From: the human T2T-CHM13v2.0 reference genome, Homo sapiens
Assembly: GCF_009914755.1 (NCBI RefSeq)
Contig: NC_060931.1
Reading direction: 5' to 3' (one strand)
Length of the DNA stretch: 64,000 bases
Shown: positions 14,790-27,147 of the stretch, one piece after another
How positions within the stretch are numbered: position 1 is the stretch's first letter
How the letters are laid out: every line of letters starts with the position of its first letter
Notes under the pieces: model-generated
Told to the model about the DNA's origin: nothing
What the model saw: the letters and a program-made list of their open reading frames with translations, nothing else
Database searches by the model: none
Translations under genes and position numbers: made by a program

Positions 14790-15220
14790 CTATAAAGTCA
14801 TAACATGGATGTTATTTTAACACATCTGTTACATGGGCCTGGTCCCTTCCCTTCAGTCACCTTGGGAAGCTCTGCTTTCATTTCTGCCAAGTTCCCATTG
14901 CTCAGAGCGTGTTGGGAACGTCTCTTCTAAAATTCCCATTGCTCAGAGCATGTTGGGAACGTCTCTTCTAAAATTCCCATAGCTCAGAGAGTGTTGGGAA
15001 TGTTTCTTCTAATATTCCCATTGCTCAGAGCGTGTTGGGAACGTCTCTTCTAAAATTCCTTCAGAGCAAGTCACAGTGAAAATCTTATTCTCTTATGATC
15101 ATGCCTCGTTTTTGTCTCGAATGTTTTTCCTAGTTTGGTCACTCACCCCGTTTACTTACTGGTCTTGGCTCCAAGTAACTTATGCCGGTTTGCTGAAATA
15201 ACATGCACTCTCAAATCCAT
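14790..15220. mobile_element. MARNA/mariner-like ancient DNA transposon relic
   Basis: About 15143-15200 reads H-P-V-Y-L-L-V-L-A-P-S-N, a decayed mariner HPPYSPDLAPSD motif. The flank agtcaccttgggaagct...ccattgctca...ccttcagagc resembles MARNA. Confidence 0.55.
14892..15060. repeat. 41-bp minisatellite, 4 copies (ttcccattgctcagagcgtgttgggaacgtctcttctaaaa)
   Basis: Units start at 14892, 14933, 14974 and 15015; copies 1 and 4 are identical. Confidence 0.95.
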
Positions 15221-15631
15221 TCTCAAAAAAGTAAATGTATGTATATTTCTACATACAGTGATTCTGACTTTAGTATATGCTTTAAAATCATCTAGGGGGC
15301 TTGATTAAATTACACGTCATACCTCTACCCTCAGTAATTTTGGTTCAGCTGGTTCGAGATGGGGATGCTGTCTGCAGTCTTCAACAAGCATCTTGAAGTT
15401 TCTGTTTTGAATGACCAGTCCACACTGGTCATTTTGAGAAGTGTACCTTTAAGGATATTCACAAGAAAGGGTGGTATATATTAAGGTAGTTCCAAAAGAG
15501 AAATTCCAAAAATGTTCTGGTCAACAGGGATATAAGTGGCATGTATTGTGCCTCCTTGGGGTGACTATTCTCTTGTAGATGATGCTTATTTAGAATAAAA
15601 TGTTCAGTTTTATTTTTAAAAAGAATCAGCC

Positions 15632-16002
<371 letters not shown>

Positions 16003-17112
16003 TCATGTGTTTTCTCACTCAATGACCTCCTACTTGGTGCTCTCCCTCTGTAAAGAGAGGTGTTCCTTTTTGAGCCAGCTGGATCATCTAAGGACCCAGT
16101 ATTAGAAGAACTAGTAATCCGTCTAACACGACTACATATTTTCTTTCTCTTAAAAAGAATGAGCTGCTTTCACTTCTTGGAGTCAGAGCACTAAATCCCA
16201 AGAGCAGACATGGCCGATCCGACAGCCGTCAGTCCTACTCACAAAGGCCAGGTTCACCAGGTGATGGATTGACCAGCTGCAGCTGCTGTCCTAGGATAGT
16301 CACAGTGGCAGGGAAGCTCCAGAACCAGTCTTCATTCTTGTCATGATATATTGCATTTTCCATTCCTTTCTGAATCCATGTGACTGCCTAAATTTTTTTA
16401 TTAAGTTGCCTGATTTTAACAAACATAGTTTTCAATGAGAATGCAAGAAGAATTTCTGAGTTGCCTTACTTTTTATTTATCAACTATCCTGTCGCCTTCA
16501 CACCTACTGAAGAGAATCTCATACAATTGGAAACAGAAATTGAGTTACAGTTTCTTTAATTAAATTCAGTTTCACAGGTGGGTCCTGGTTTCCACTGATG
16601 GCCAACACGGAGCCTTGCCCAGGGAGTGAGTCAGGCTTCTCTAAGGCACTGCTGGGGGCACAGCACGGAGGTTCTTAGTCTCTTGGCAGACCTTTGTCCC
16701 TGGGAGCCCTAGCCCCCAGCCACCTATTCTTTCTGGATCTGAGGATCCAGTATTATCCACCTTGAAGAAATGTAGACGTTGTATGATTTGTATAGCACCA
16801 TTTAACTTAAACATTAAGCTCTTTACTGGTTTAAAGCTTAGTGAAGTATAGAAATAGAGACTGTGTTTAGACTCCTGTGAGTAAAAAGTTTACAAAAAGA
16901 AGAGGATTTTGTTTTTTTGATCCCAGCCTCTCTCTCTCTCTTTGACATTAACAAGGACACATATATTTTCTTTACGAGCTTCAGAGACAAAAAAGGAAGG
17001 AGAGATTGGATTGCTATCAAAATGGCCCTCAACCAGTAGAAGCAGTTATCAGATGGCCAACCACATCCTCTATCTTTACTCTCTCTTACTTCTGTCTTTC
17101 CTATCCCCTACA

Positions 17113-17373
17113 TAGGGTTGCCAGATTTAGGAAAGAAAGAGAGAGTGGGGAAGAGAGGGAGAAAAGGAGAGAGGGAGGGAGGTAGGAAGGGAAGGGAAGA
17201 GGAAGGGAGGGGAGGGGAGGGGAGGGGAAGGGAGGATAGAAGGGAGGAAGGGAGGGGAGAAGAGAGGAAGGGAGAGAGGGAAGGAGGGACCAGGATGCCT
17301 AGTTAAATTTAAATTTCAGATATACAAGGAATCATGTATTAGTATATATCTCATGCAATATTTGGGACGTATT
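17113..17373. mobile_element. MER53-like hAT element split by a ~160-bp polypurine tract (17129-17290)
   Basis: agggttgccagatttag ... caggatgcctagttaaatttaaatttcagata ... catgcaatatttgggac follows the recalled MER53 consensus. Confidence 0.7.
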
Positions 17374-19540
17374 CCATGGCCCTCTTCCATGCCTGTCCCA
17401 CACAATTCAGGGCTCTTCTTTTATTTTCTAGTGGTTTTCATTTTCAGAAGATTTGTCCCTCAATTGGATCAAACTCTCTTCTGGGCAGAATCTTATCTGG
17501 CATCTTTCAAGGCACCCTAAATATCAGCTTCCCTCTTTGGGGGTCTATGTTAGATTTCTCCTTAAGCGTTTCCCTCTGCTGCAAGTGCAGAACACCCCTG
17601 AGCGCCTCATACCTTTCCTCTCTGCACCTGCAAGGTCATTACTTCATGCACATGGCTGGCCTGAGCCTAGAGCCCAGAACATAAGGGTGCTGTGTATTTT
17701 TATGATTGGTTGATGAACTGAAAGCAATTTGTTGTCTTGTTAAGAATCAATTAAATTCAGCATCTATTAACTGTTTACCTGCATGCCAAGAGTTAGTGGT
17801 ATTACCATGTGGCTCATCTGGGAAGTTAGATTAGTAACTCTTTCTCTTTTAGGGAAATAAGAAGATACAGGAAGGGAATAGGGTTGAGAGCTACACCCAG
17901 ATTTTGCAAACTTGTGCTACGGTTCAGCCAAAAAGATGGAAATTTAAAAATCGTCCTCATATGTAGAGAATCACTTCAAATTTTGGAATATCGCCTCTCA
18001 AAGAATGGAGATTTTGCCATTATATATCCTCAACTTTCATTGGCTTTTCTAGTTCTAAATTTCTTCTCTGGCATGTTGGTTTTACAGTCACATGTCTATA
18101 ATATTATAAAACTAAAAAAGAACTTTGAAAGCCGAAAGACTGATATAAATGACAACATATTCAATTCTCATTAAAAAGCTTACCAGCCTGTAGAATAATG
18201 GCACACATCATTTATAGAAAGGATATCAGATAACCAGGTGCCTTTTTACACACTTTCTGCTTCTATTAATGATATTATTTAAATCTTCCTTCACAAATGA
18301 CACCGAGCAGGCTTTGAACCTTGAAGATTAAGTTATGGATGTCCTGCTTGGTTGAGTAATTCTCAGGTGTAAAATGCACAGGAGAGTGAACACATATTTA
18401 GAAGTGTCTAGATGATAAGTTTTGTACCAGCGAGGCTTGTCCTAGGCAGCATTGTGAGTGTGGTCCCCAAAGCCCCAGCTCCGCCTTTCTGAGCCTCTTC
18501 CCCTAGCTCCTAGTGTCCTGTTACCTATTCAGATCTGCATCCCTTGGAGGATGGAGCTAGGCCAGGAAACTGCCCCATATCATGAAATCCTGCTACTGTG
18601 CCTGTCTCTGAGCCCTGCTGTGAAAACTGTCCATTTGACTCTAGGAAGAAATGACTGTGAATAAAACAGCTGCCAAGCTCGTATCCTACAACAGTGAATA
18701 AACATAAACTTGCTGTCATACATATAACCATTCATAAAAACCCATAACTTAATGTGGCTCTACAATGTTTTGAGTGTCCCTGGAGTTAGGAGAGAAGAAC
18801 AAAGGCCGAGCATGAGAAATCATGTCACTTTCTCACCAACTCCAACATCATAAACATGTGAAAACAAAGCTCTTATGAAAGCAGATGATCATGTATGTGA
18901 GAAAAATCAGATGTGATAACCTCAAGGCTAAAGCTGTGATTGAAAGATCCTTTCTGGAATGTTTGTGTTTTAGTCAAGTCATAAATCTTGTCCCCTGTAG
19001 CCTGCACCTCTGGTGTCAAATGAATTTCAGCCCATTAGCCACATGTTGAAAAAATAAGAATGTTAAAATATTGATTTTATTTAGAACATGATCAAGTTAA
19101 GTCTGCTTTATTTTTTAATCCAGGTAGACTTCTTGTTTTAATTATAAATACATAATAAAAACAATTAGGCACAGAGTAAAATAAATGCTTATGTTTTATT
19201 CATGACAGAGTAGTTGTTTTATCCTTCAGGATGAAGCCTTATAATATCCTTACAAATTCCTTAATATTAAAATAAGCATCGCTTTGTTTTTGTTGAAAAT
19301 TCTCTTATTGGATGATTGGGTTTGGGTGGGAAATGAGCCTAATGATTGATTCTAGGTCATTCCTACCTGATACTGGAATGTGCTGATTATAACTCCATAG
19401 CTTCATGGATCTCTGATTTGGAGGATACAATCTGTAATAAAATTACTACCAGGACCCTAGTTCTGTTTATTTGAATAGCATTTTTATCTAGCTGATTTGA
19501 ATTCAAATGCATTATTAATTTTTTTTTCTTTTTAATATAG

Positions 19541-19572
19541 GTGGAAAACAGACCAAAATATTATGGAAGAGA
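19541..19572 (+). CDS. CHN2: beta-chimaerin internal coding exon (32 nt, probably exon 4 of the beta2 isoform): VENRPKYYGR(E)
   Basis: Long U-rich tract ending ...tttaatatag acceptor, donor GA|gtatgt. Starts phase 0, ends phase 2, and joins in frame to the 24232 exon. Peptide matches the recalled beta2-chimaerin sequence just before the SH2 domain. Confidence 0.95.
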
Positions 19573-21102
19573 GTATGTATTATACTATTCTTTGTTTTAA
19601 TAATTTAATAAGTAGTCATTTCATGTGTCATTTAAATATTACAAATTTTCTAATATATGGTCATCATCATATGTCTATTGTGCAAGAGTTTAATGATAAT
19701 AAATGCAATCAGACTCCTTTGAATTAATATTTTTTATAGTAGTCAAGTGCTTGGTTTCCATTAATGTGGGAGGTAGAGCATTTTGCGCTACTTTTCCCTC
19801 CACAAAAGAGCTACTGAGTGCCTGGCAAGTACTTGAAACGGAAGGCAGCATTTTTCATAATGGAGGCTCTCTGTTAGTGTTTCATTTCACTTTCTACCTC
19901 AACACAATAGAAACGTTTGGTGTGTCCAAGATGGTACACTGTATGTGAGTTCCTGACTTTCGTGTACCTCGGTGCGGTGGTCAGGATAGGCATCCCACTT
20001 CTCTGCAGTCTCATAAAACCCAAATGATGATATCTCTTGGCTCGGGTGTAGTAGCCAAATTGCCTTAATACTCCCCTTTCCATTTTTCTCTTAATTTCAA
20101 CTCTTGTTTTGTTTCACTTTTTCCAAAACCTACTGCCCAGCAAATACGCATGACCATAAAAATAACTCGCAGTCTAAGCCAATGGTGTGTACAGCACAAC
20201 ACAGAGGGCAGGCAGAACGGGCCAGGGGAGAGGAGATGCATCAATCACTTTTCTTCCCAAGTCCAACCTGGAGGCGTTGTGAGGCAACGTCTCTTTTGAG
20301 TCTACCTTCCAAGCTCTCACAGCCAATCTCAAACCTTCCTCTTATTCCCTTACCCGTCAGAGCCTCATCTTCATGATTAATGACCCTCTTAGGGGTCCCA
20401 GCCCCGTGCACCTTCCTAATTGCCACAGCTGCATTTCAGAACCTTCCTCGCAGCACCCTGGGAATTTGACCAGCACCTCTGGAATGCCTGCCTGGGGGCA
20501 CTGGCCTCCGCTCCTCTCTACCCCATGCCCCTACTGTCTAATCTATGTTGTAGTATGGCTTTTTTTCCTCAGTATGCTTATTTGTTTTTTCCTTGAAGAT
20601 AGCACAATTAATTTAAAAAAATAGAAGAAAATGAAAACCTACCATATACACTTTTGCATGTGAATTCTAAAAGGAGCTGTTTATTATGCATTTTCTTTTT
20701 GCAGAAAAGTTTTGTCAAATAACTTTTTAATTCTCATCTTCTTACCCCCAATTCATGTAAAACATATGAGAGTCTTGAGACTAAAGAAGTGTTTTCTTAA
20801 CTACCAAAAGGAACATCTTTTATTAGATGGTAATTAGCCTAAAACCTTCAGATTCTGTGTTTCCCTTTATTTTTTTAAAAAATGAAGGGTGTTTTTTTCT
20901 TCCACTTAAAAAGTAATACATGCTTCATTCAGGAAACGCACATACACATTTATTCCTAGAAGGAATCACAAGAAACTATTGACAATGGATACCTTTAGGG
21001 AGAGAGGAATTTTGCATTTTTAGTTCTTTTATACCTTCAACTTTTGAAATTGGAATTTTCTGCTGTGCACAGGTATTACTTCTGTTTCTAAAAATAAATT
21101 AT

Positions 21103-21380
21103 GGCTGGGCACAGTGGCTCACGCCTGTAGTCCCAGCACTTTGGGAGGCCAGGGAAGGCAGATCACTTGTGCTCAGGAGATTAAGACCAGCCTGAGCAAC
21201 ATGGGAAGACCTCATCTCTACAAGAAATACAAATATTACCTAGGCATGGTGGCACATGCCTATGGTCCCAGCTACTCAGGACCACAGGTGGGAGGTGGGA
21301 GGATCACTTGAGCCCAGAAGGTCAACTGAACCATTGCACTCCAGCCTGGGCAACAGAGTGAGACCTTGTACAAAAAAAAA
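21103..21380 (+). mobile_element. AluJ
   Basis: Diverged dimeric Alu with J-type ggaggatcacttgagccca. Confidence 0.85.
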
Positions 21381-21747
21381 TTAATAAATTAATACCAATT
21401 AACTTGGAAAATTAGAAAATAAAGGAAAATAGAAGAGGGAAAATACCCATAGTTCTACCATGAAAGAGAATCATTGCTAACCTTTTCTCTTCATCTCTTT
21501 CTGGTCTTTGTGCATGCTTGCTTTTTTCTTACCAAGTTGCAGTCATACAAATATATTAGATATTATAGGTTGGAGATATTTGGACTTTTAAAAATGATGC
21601 ATAAAGGGGATGACAAGCCACAGACTGGTCTTCAGGTGCACAAAATTGTCATTTTCTTCTTTTGAATGATTGAATTTAATTTAGTTATTGACACTGTTTG
21701 ACGCTGTCAATCACTTAAACTTGCCAATTCAAGTGAATTAAAACTTA

Positions 21748-21965
21748 AGTTCTAGGTGACTATAGTTAAAACAATTTATTATATATTCCAAAATAGCTAA
21801 GAGAGGCTTTCGAATGTTCCTAACATAAACAATAAATGCTTGAGGTGACAGGCATCCTGATTACCCTGATTTGATCATTATACATTGTACTTATGTATCA
21901 AAATATCACATGTTCTCCATAAATATGTACAATAATTATATATCAATTAAAAATAAAAATAGAAA
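21748..21965 (+). mobile_element. L1M (L1MA-type) 3' end fragment
   Basis: gtgactatagtt...aaatagctaagagagg...ttaccctgatttgatcattatacattg...ataaatatgtacaat...aattaaaaataaaa. Confidence 0.75.
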
Positions 21966-22022
21966 AAGTATGCATACTCAAAATCAAGAATTAAAAAAGA
22001 AACATAAGACTTAGCTGCTTTT

Positions 22023-22347
22023 GACTGGGCACAGTGGCTCACACCTGTAATCCCAGCACTTTGGGAGACCGAGGCGGGTTGATCGCCTGAGTTCAGGAGT
22101 TCGAGACCACTCCGGGCAACATGGTGAGACCCGCCCCCACTCCCCGCATCTCTACTGAAATACAAAAAATTTGCCGGGCATGGTGGGGTGTGCCTGTAGT
22201 CCCAGCTACTCGAGAGGCTGAGGCAGGAGCATTGCTTGAGCCTGGGAGGCGGAGGTTGCAGTGAGCGAGCTGAGATCGCGCCATTGCACTCCAGCTTAGG
22301 CTACAGAGTGAGACTCTCTCCAAAAAAAAAAAAAAAAAAAAAAAAAA
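22023..22347 (+). mobile_element. Alu (J/S)
   Basis: Full Alu with long A-tail; TSD tagctgctttt. Confidence 0.9.
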
Positions 22348-24231
22348 TCTAGCTGCTTTTGGGTTAACTGTCTTGTTTAGAGACTACCCCTTTTCCTGTC
22401 CCTTCTCCTGGAGTGACCTGGGGCAGGTCCCTCTGCGTGCCCTGTCCTGCTATTGTTACTCTGGCCCACGGGCTGTGTCTTCGACATCCCAGCTTTTGTC
22501 TTTTCTACTTATGTGTGGGAATATTGGCAATGCTGTCTGCCCCTCCCACTCTCCTGCTGCATGTCCCTCCCCCCACACCCACCCCCACACTCACTGCCAA
22601 CCCACCCGCCAACCCATCCGCAAGGCTGCCCCCAGGGCTCTTTGCCCAGGCCATCTGTCCCATCCTCTCCAACCTGGCTCAGGCTGCACAGGAGGCTCCT
22701 CCGCAAAGTTCCTAGGTCCAGTGACCTCACTATCAAAGCTCCAACACCTCTGCTCCAGGCCCCAATAAACTGGCCTCCCGGTTCCAATCCACACCTGCTA
22801 TGCAGGGCCAGTTAGACCCCCTGAGACTGGGCTCTGCCTCAGTCCCTCCCACCAGAACCGGGGATTCACAGAACGTTCATCCTCACTCAGAAGAGCATTG
22901 CTCCAAGACCTCCAGACATCAGCTGTTGAGATTTAAAATCAAAATTTGGGAAGCCAGAAAGCCTTTTTCTTCCAGGCCATCACTGCCGTACACCTTTAAG
23001 AAGCGATTTTGAAACACAAAGCCACAGGCTGCTTCTGACCTCACTTTCCTTGGACAGAAGCTTCAGCTTGGAAGGTCTACTTTTTAAGGATAGAGGGAAT
23101 TAGGAAATAAATATTGTGATAGGCACTTTTAAAAATGTTATCCTTCTGCATTTGTACTCTAACTTAATCTTTGCATTCCTGAGGAAAATACAAAACAAAA
23201 GAAAATTTGTCTAGCTGACTTCCCTTTCCTCCTCTTCAAGAAAGTAAAGGTGTTTTTCTCTGTCCAGAAAATTTATTCTCTGATTTATTATCCAAAGTTC
23301 TCCAAGGTTGGATAATCCTAGAAAGGGGTGTTACTCCTTTCCCAGAAGCTTGAAGTCCCTTGGGACTGCCTCATTTCCCCAACCCAGCTTGCCCCACTTT
23401 CCATGAAATACTGGTTGATCAAATCTCCAGTCCTGTGGGAGTAGCAGCTGTATTTACTTAAAGGCAACAGGGAACGTGGGCTGGTTCCTGACCCAACTCC
23501 TACCTCTCCCTATTCCTCTGTGGAGTCACTGTCCACTCTCTGGGCCTCAGACAACTGCCTCCACATCAGAGTGATCATGGGCCAGCACACAACCCTCCCG
23601 GATATGCCACATTTTCCACATGCATGTGTATGGGTTTTAAAATGGTAGAGAAGATAAATTTATCTTTAAAAAAGAAAAATAGGTACATTTTCTAAAATAC
23701 CCATAAGCTATTGCTCTCCAAGTGTAAATAACTGGAAGAATGTTGATGATAGCTACCTCTTTCCAGAAAATGAGCCTCTAAAATTAACACCACCCTGCAC
23801 CTGAAGCAAGCAGGTTGCTAATCAATAAATGTCCACTTGCAATTAGGATAACACATAGTTCTCTGAGCTGAGAGCTAAATTGGTAATTGCTCTTCTGTTA
23901 TTTCCCATGGTTAAAAAAAAGGGGGGGGGGCGGTGGTTGAGTAACCTGGCTTTTTGTTTCAACTTTCATTTTCAACTTGAAAGCAAAGACAATAGCAGAA
24001 AGCCAGGTGGACTGGGCATCCTTCCTTTTGTTTGCCTGCTTGAATACTTGTGTTTGGAGCATGTGAGGGGTGGTTCCAAGTCACTTAAGATGGGCAGTAG
24101 TCACCCCCCCTCTTCACTCAGTTGTGGGGCTGTCGATTCTGGGTGCCCCCACCATCCTTTTAAGGCTAGTTCTTTGTGGTCCTTATTCTGTATGTGGTCT
24201 GTTCAGAGCATTGATGGTCTTGTACCTTCAG

Positions 24232-24345
24232 GTTTCATGGGATCATCTCTCGGGAGCAGGCGGATGAGCTTCTTGGAGGCGTGGAGGGTGCCTACATCCT
24301 TAGAGAAAGCCAGCGGCAACCAGGATGCTACACGCTGGCTCTCAG
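24232..24345 (+). CDS. CHN2: beta-chimaerin coding exon (114 nt, probably exon 5): N-terminal half of SH2, [37 protein letters not shown](R)
   Basis: Acceptor ...gtaccttcag, donor CAG|gtgagg, phase 2 at both ends. Contains the SH2 signatures FHG-ISR and YILRES (FLVRES-like, Arg betaB5). Confidence 0.96.
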
Positions 24346-24475
24346 GTGAGGCGCATTTCATTCCTTGTTTTCATTGCTGTACAAGTGGCTTCACTGATGT
24401 TTGCCCATTTTTAAGAATTGTAGCAGAGTATACATAACACAAAATTCATCATTTTTCCCATGTTTATGTTATGAG

Positions 24476-24758
24476 GGGGGGGTCCCACTCTCTCACCCAG
24501 GCTGGAGTGCAGTGGCACAATCATGGCTCACTGCAGCCTCTGCCTCCCAGGCTCAAGTGCCTCCCACCTTAGCCTCCTGAGTAGCTGGGACCACAGGCAC
24601 ACACCACCATGACTGGCTAATTTTTTTTTTTTTTTTTTGAAGAGAATGGGGTCTCACCATGTTGCCCGGGCTGGTCTTGAACTCCTGGGCTCAAGCCATC
24701 CGCCTGTCTCAGCCTCCCAAAGTTCTGGGATTACAGTCAGGAGCCACTGCACCTGGCC
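24476..24758 (-). mobile_element. AluJ, inserted in an antisense L1M fragment (about 24424-24890)
   Basis: Dimeric Alu with ctcctgggctcaagc; the flanks read as L1MB 3' sequence (cagtggcattaagtacatt...ttccagaactttctcatc). Confidence 0.85.
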
Positions 24759-26109
24759 TCCTTTTAAAATTTTTAAGTAAAATTCAGTGGCATTAAGTAC
24801 ATTATTAATGTTGTACAAACATCTCCATATTCATTTCCAGAACTTTCTCATCATCCCACACAGAAACCCACTACCATAAACAATTACCCCTCCCTACTCC
24901 TTACTTGATATCTTCACTTGTTTCTGAAGCACCAGCAGTATATCAGAGTTTGTTTACATTTCCTCAGCCGCAGATGCTATCGGTAGGTGTGGACACTGGG
25001 ACTCTGATCATGGACACACAGTAAACTGGAGAACCATCTGGAAAGTTAGTGTTTCTACAGCCACCTCTGCCTGCACCATCTAGCTGGCCGAGGCTGCAGC
25101 GTCTTTGCCTCAGCTCCCAGCAGCCCATGTTGAAGGAAGGGCTCCTTCACCTGGCCTTGCACGTGCAGACCTCACAAGACCTGCATTTGCTCATGGGGTT
25201 CTCTCAGGGTTCACCTTGTTGACCCCAGGAACCTGTCGTGAGGGCAGTCATGACCCTTCAGGCCAATGAGCCAGTAGAACAGGCTCTACTGAGCCTTTAC
25301 CACAAAATCACAAGTATTAAACATCACAACATAAGAAAGACAGCACATTTATGGCACTTTTCAAACCTTGATCAAATATTTTCTGTCATTTGATCCTCGC
25401 CGTAGCCCTATACATTTCGGGGAAGGTATCCAATTTCAGAACTGAATTGTCTTCCAAAAGTTCATTTGTGAACTCTTCGGAATTGGAAAGCCCTCTCTCC
25501 ATAGGGGGAATGGTGTCCATGGAAGCCCTTCCCAGGCCCACAATGGTGTGTTCCATGCACCATCTCCCTATTATGGCTGTGCAATGACACTTTCCAAGTT
25601 GCAACATGTCTACAGCATATCTTAAATAATGTAATTATGAGGACGAACTTAAAAAGCTATTATATCATGCGCTCTAGGTGTGCAAAATAATTTCCTATCT
25701 TCCCAGCACTTCAGTAGCAGAAGCTGGCAGTTGTAGTGGGGAGTCAAGCAGGGGCTGTAGATGGAAGGTCAGGGCCCAGAGAGGAGGGAACCTCTAGGTT
25801 AGATTGTGGGGACACTGGCAACAGCTCCAGCAGGGAGTTTAGCACACCTTATTGCTTCCCTTCTGCTGCACCAACTAGGGCAGAAGGCATGGGGTGCTCT
25901 GCTGGAGGTGGTAAAGATGCGTTAACAAGGGGGCATCAGGACCAGGACAGGGCATCCCTTGCAGAGGTAATTGCCAGGTATAGAGGAGAGCTGGTTCCCG
26001 TTAAGTAAGTTTACAGGTAACATAGTTGTAAATCAGGCATTACCCTCTGACCCTTACAAATGAGAAGGATACTGACAATGACCTTAGTGATTTCTAGGAT
26101 CAAACGACT

Positions 26110-26340
26110 CCATGTGATGTCCTGGGGTTAAGCCCCACCTCTGCCTCGTTCCAGTCATATAAACTCAAGCAGGAACCGCCATCTCTTCAAGCATCAGTTA
26201 CCTTTGCGGTAAGACAGGCATAACCATTATACCGTCTCAAAGGGTCTCTGTGAGCGTTAGGGGAAAAAAAATCACATCAAGTGCTTAGCCCTGTGCCTGG
26301 GATACACTAAGTATTCAAAAAACGTTAGCTGCTATTGTTA
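26110..26340 (+). mobile_element. MIR
   Basis: ctcaaagggtctctgtgag...aagtgcttagccctgtgcctggga...taagtattcaaaaaacgttagctgctatt is the MIR 3' core. Similar MIRs lie at about 2085-2280, 5900-6060, 7870-8040, 10170-10355, 12850-13050, 14290-14510, 29830-29960 and 53960-54160. Confidence 0.7.
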
Positions 26341-26360
26341 TCATTCCACACTGTGCTTAT

Positions 26361-26399
26361 TTCTAACGTGGTTGTAATCCCTCATTCTCTCACGGGCAG
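26361..26399 (+). promoter_or_regulatory. branch point (TTCTAAC, branch A about 26366) and 3' splice site of the 286-nt exon
   Basis: Near-consensus CTAAC about 34 nt upstream of the exon, followed by a pyrimidine tract and CAG. Confidence 0.6.
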
Positions 26400-26685
26400 G
26401 TTTGGAAACCAGACCTTAAACTACAGGCTCTTCCACGACGGGAAACACTTTGTGGGTGAGAAGAGGTTTGAGTCGATTCATGATCTGGTGACAGATGGCT
26501 TGATAACACTGTACATAGAAACAAAAGCTGCCGAGTACATTTCAAAAATGACAACTAACCCCATCTATGAACACATTGGATATGCCACCCTACTCAGAGA
26601 AAAAGTATCCAGAAGGCTGAGCAGGTCTAAAAATGAACCAAGAAAAACAAACGTCACACATGAAGAACACACAGCGGTGGAAAAG
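26400..26685 (+). CDS. CHN2: beta-chimaerin coding exon (286 nt, probably exon 6): C-terminal half of SH2 plus linker, [61 protein letters not shown]...HTAVEK
   Basis: Acceptor ...ctctcacgggcag, donor AAG|gtgagc. Starts phase 2, ends phase 0. Lies within ORF 26335..26700 of the track and matches the recalled CHN2 protein. Confidence 0.97.
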
Positions 26686-26848
26686 GTGAGCTGTGTGTGA
26701 TGGAAGCAGCCTTTCGTTTTAATCCATGCCGCATCAACAGGCGGGTTAACTATAGGTGCGATTTGCTGAAATGTTGGAGGAGACCCACCCCCACCCGAAG
26801 AACTCTAGAATGTTAGGGCCAAAGGGACCTTAGAAATCTTCTAGCTCA

Positions 26849-27147
<299 letters not shown>

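Noticed and set aside
14892-15060. CRISPR-like appearance of palindromic repeats; Notch/RBPJ paired-site idea
   Set aside because: The units are head-to-tail with no unique spacers, in a vertebrate intron. The TGGGAA-to-TTCCCA spacer is 14 bp and the cores lack the GTGGGAA consensus, so this is not a canonical paired site.
16274-16285. Tandem E-box palindrome CAGCTGCAGCTG
   Set aside because: Too short to support a regulatory call without chromatin or conservation data.
23880-24437. 185-aa ORF, the longest in the track, overlapping the 114-nt exon
   Set aside because: It starts at a non-ATG codon, crosses the real exon in a different frame, runs through intron sequence and resembles no protein family; most likely a chance ORF.
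26335-26399. N-terminal extension of ORF 26335..26700 upstream of the exon
   Set aside because: It is intronic, starts at a non-ATG codon, and covers the MIR end, branch point and acceptor; coding similarity begins at 26400.
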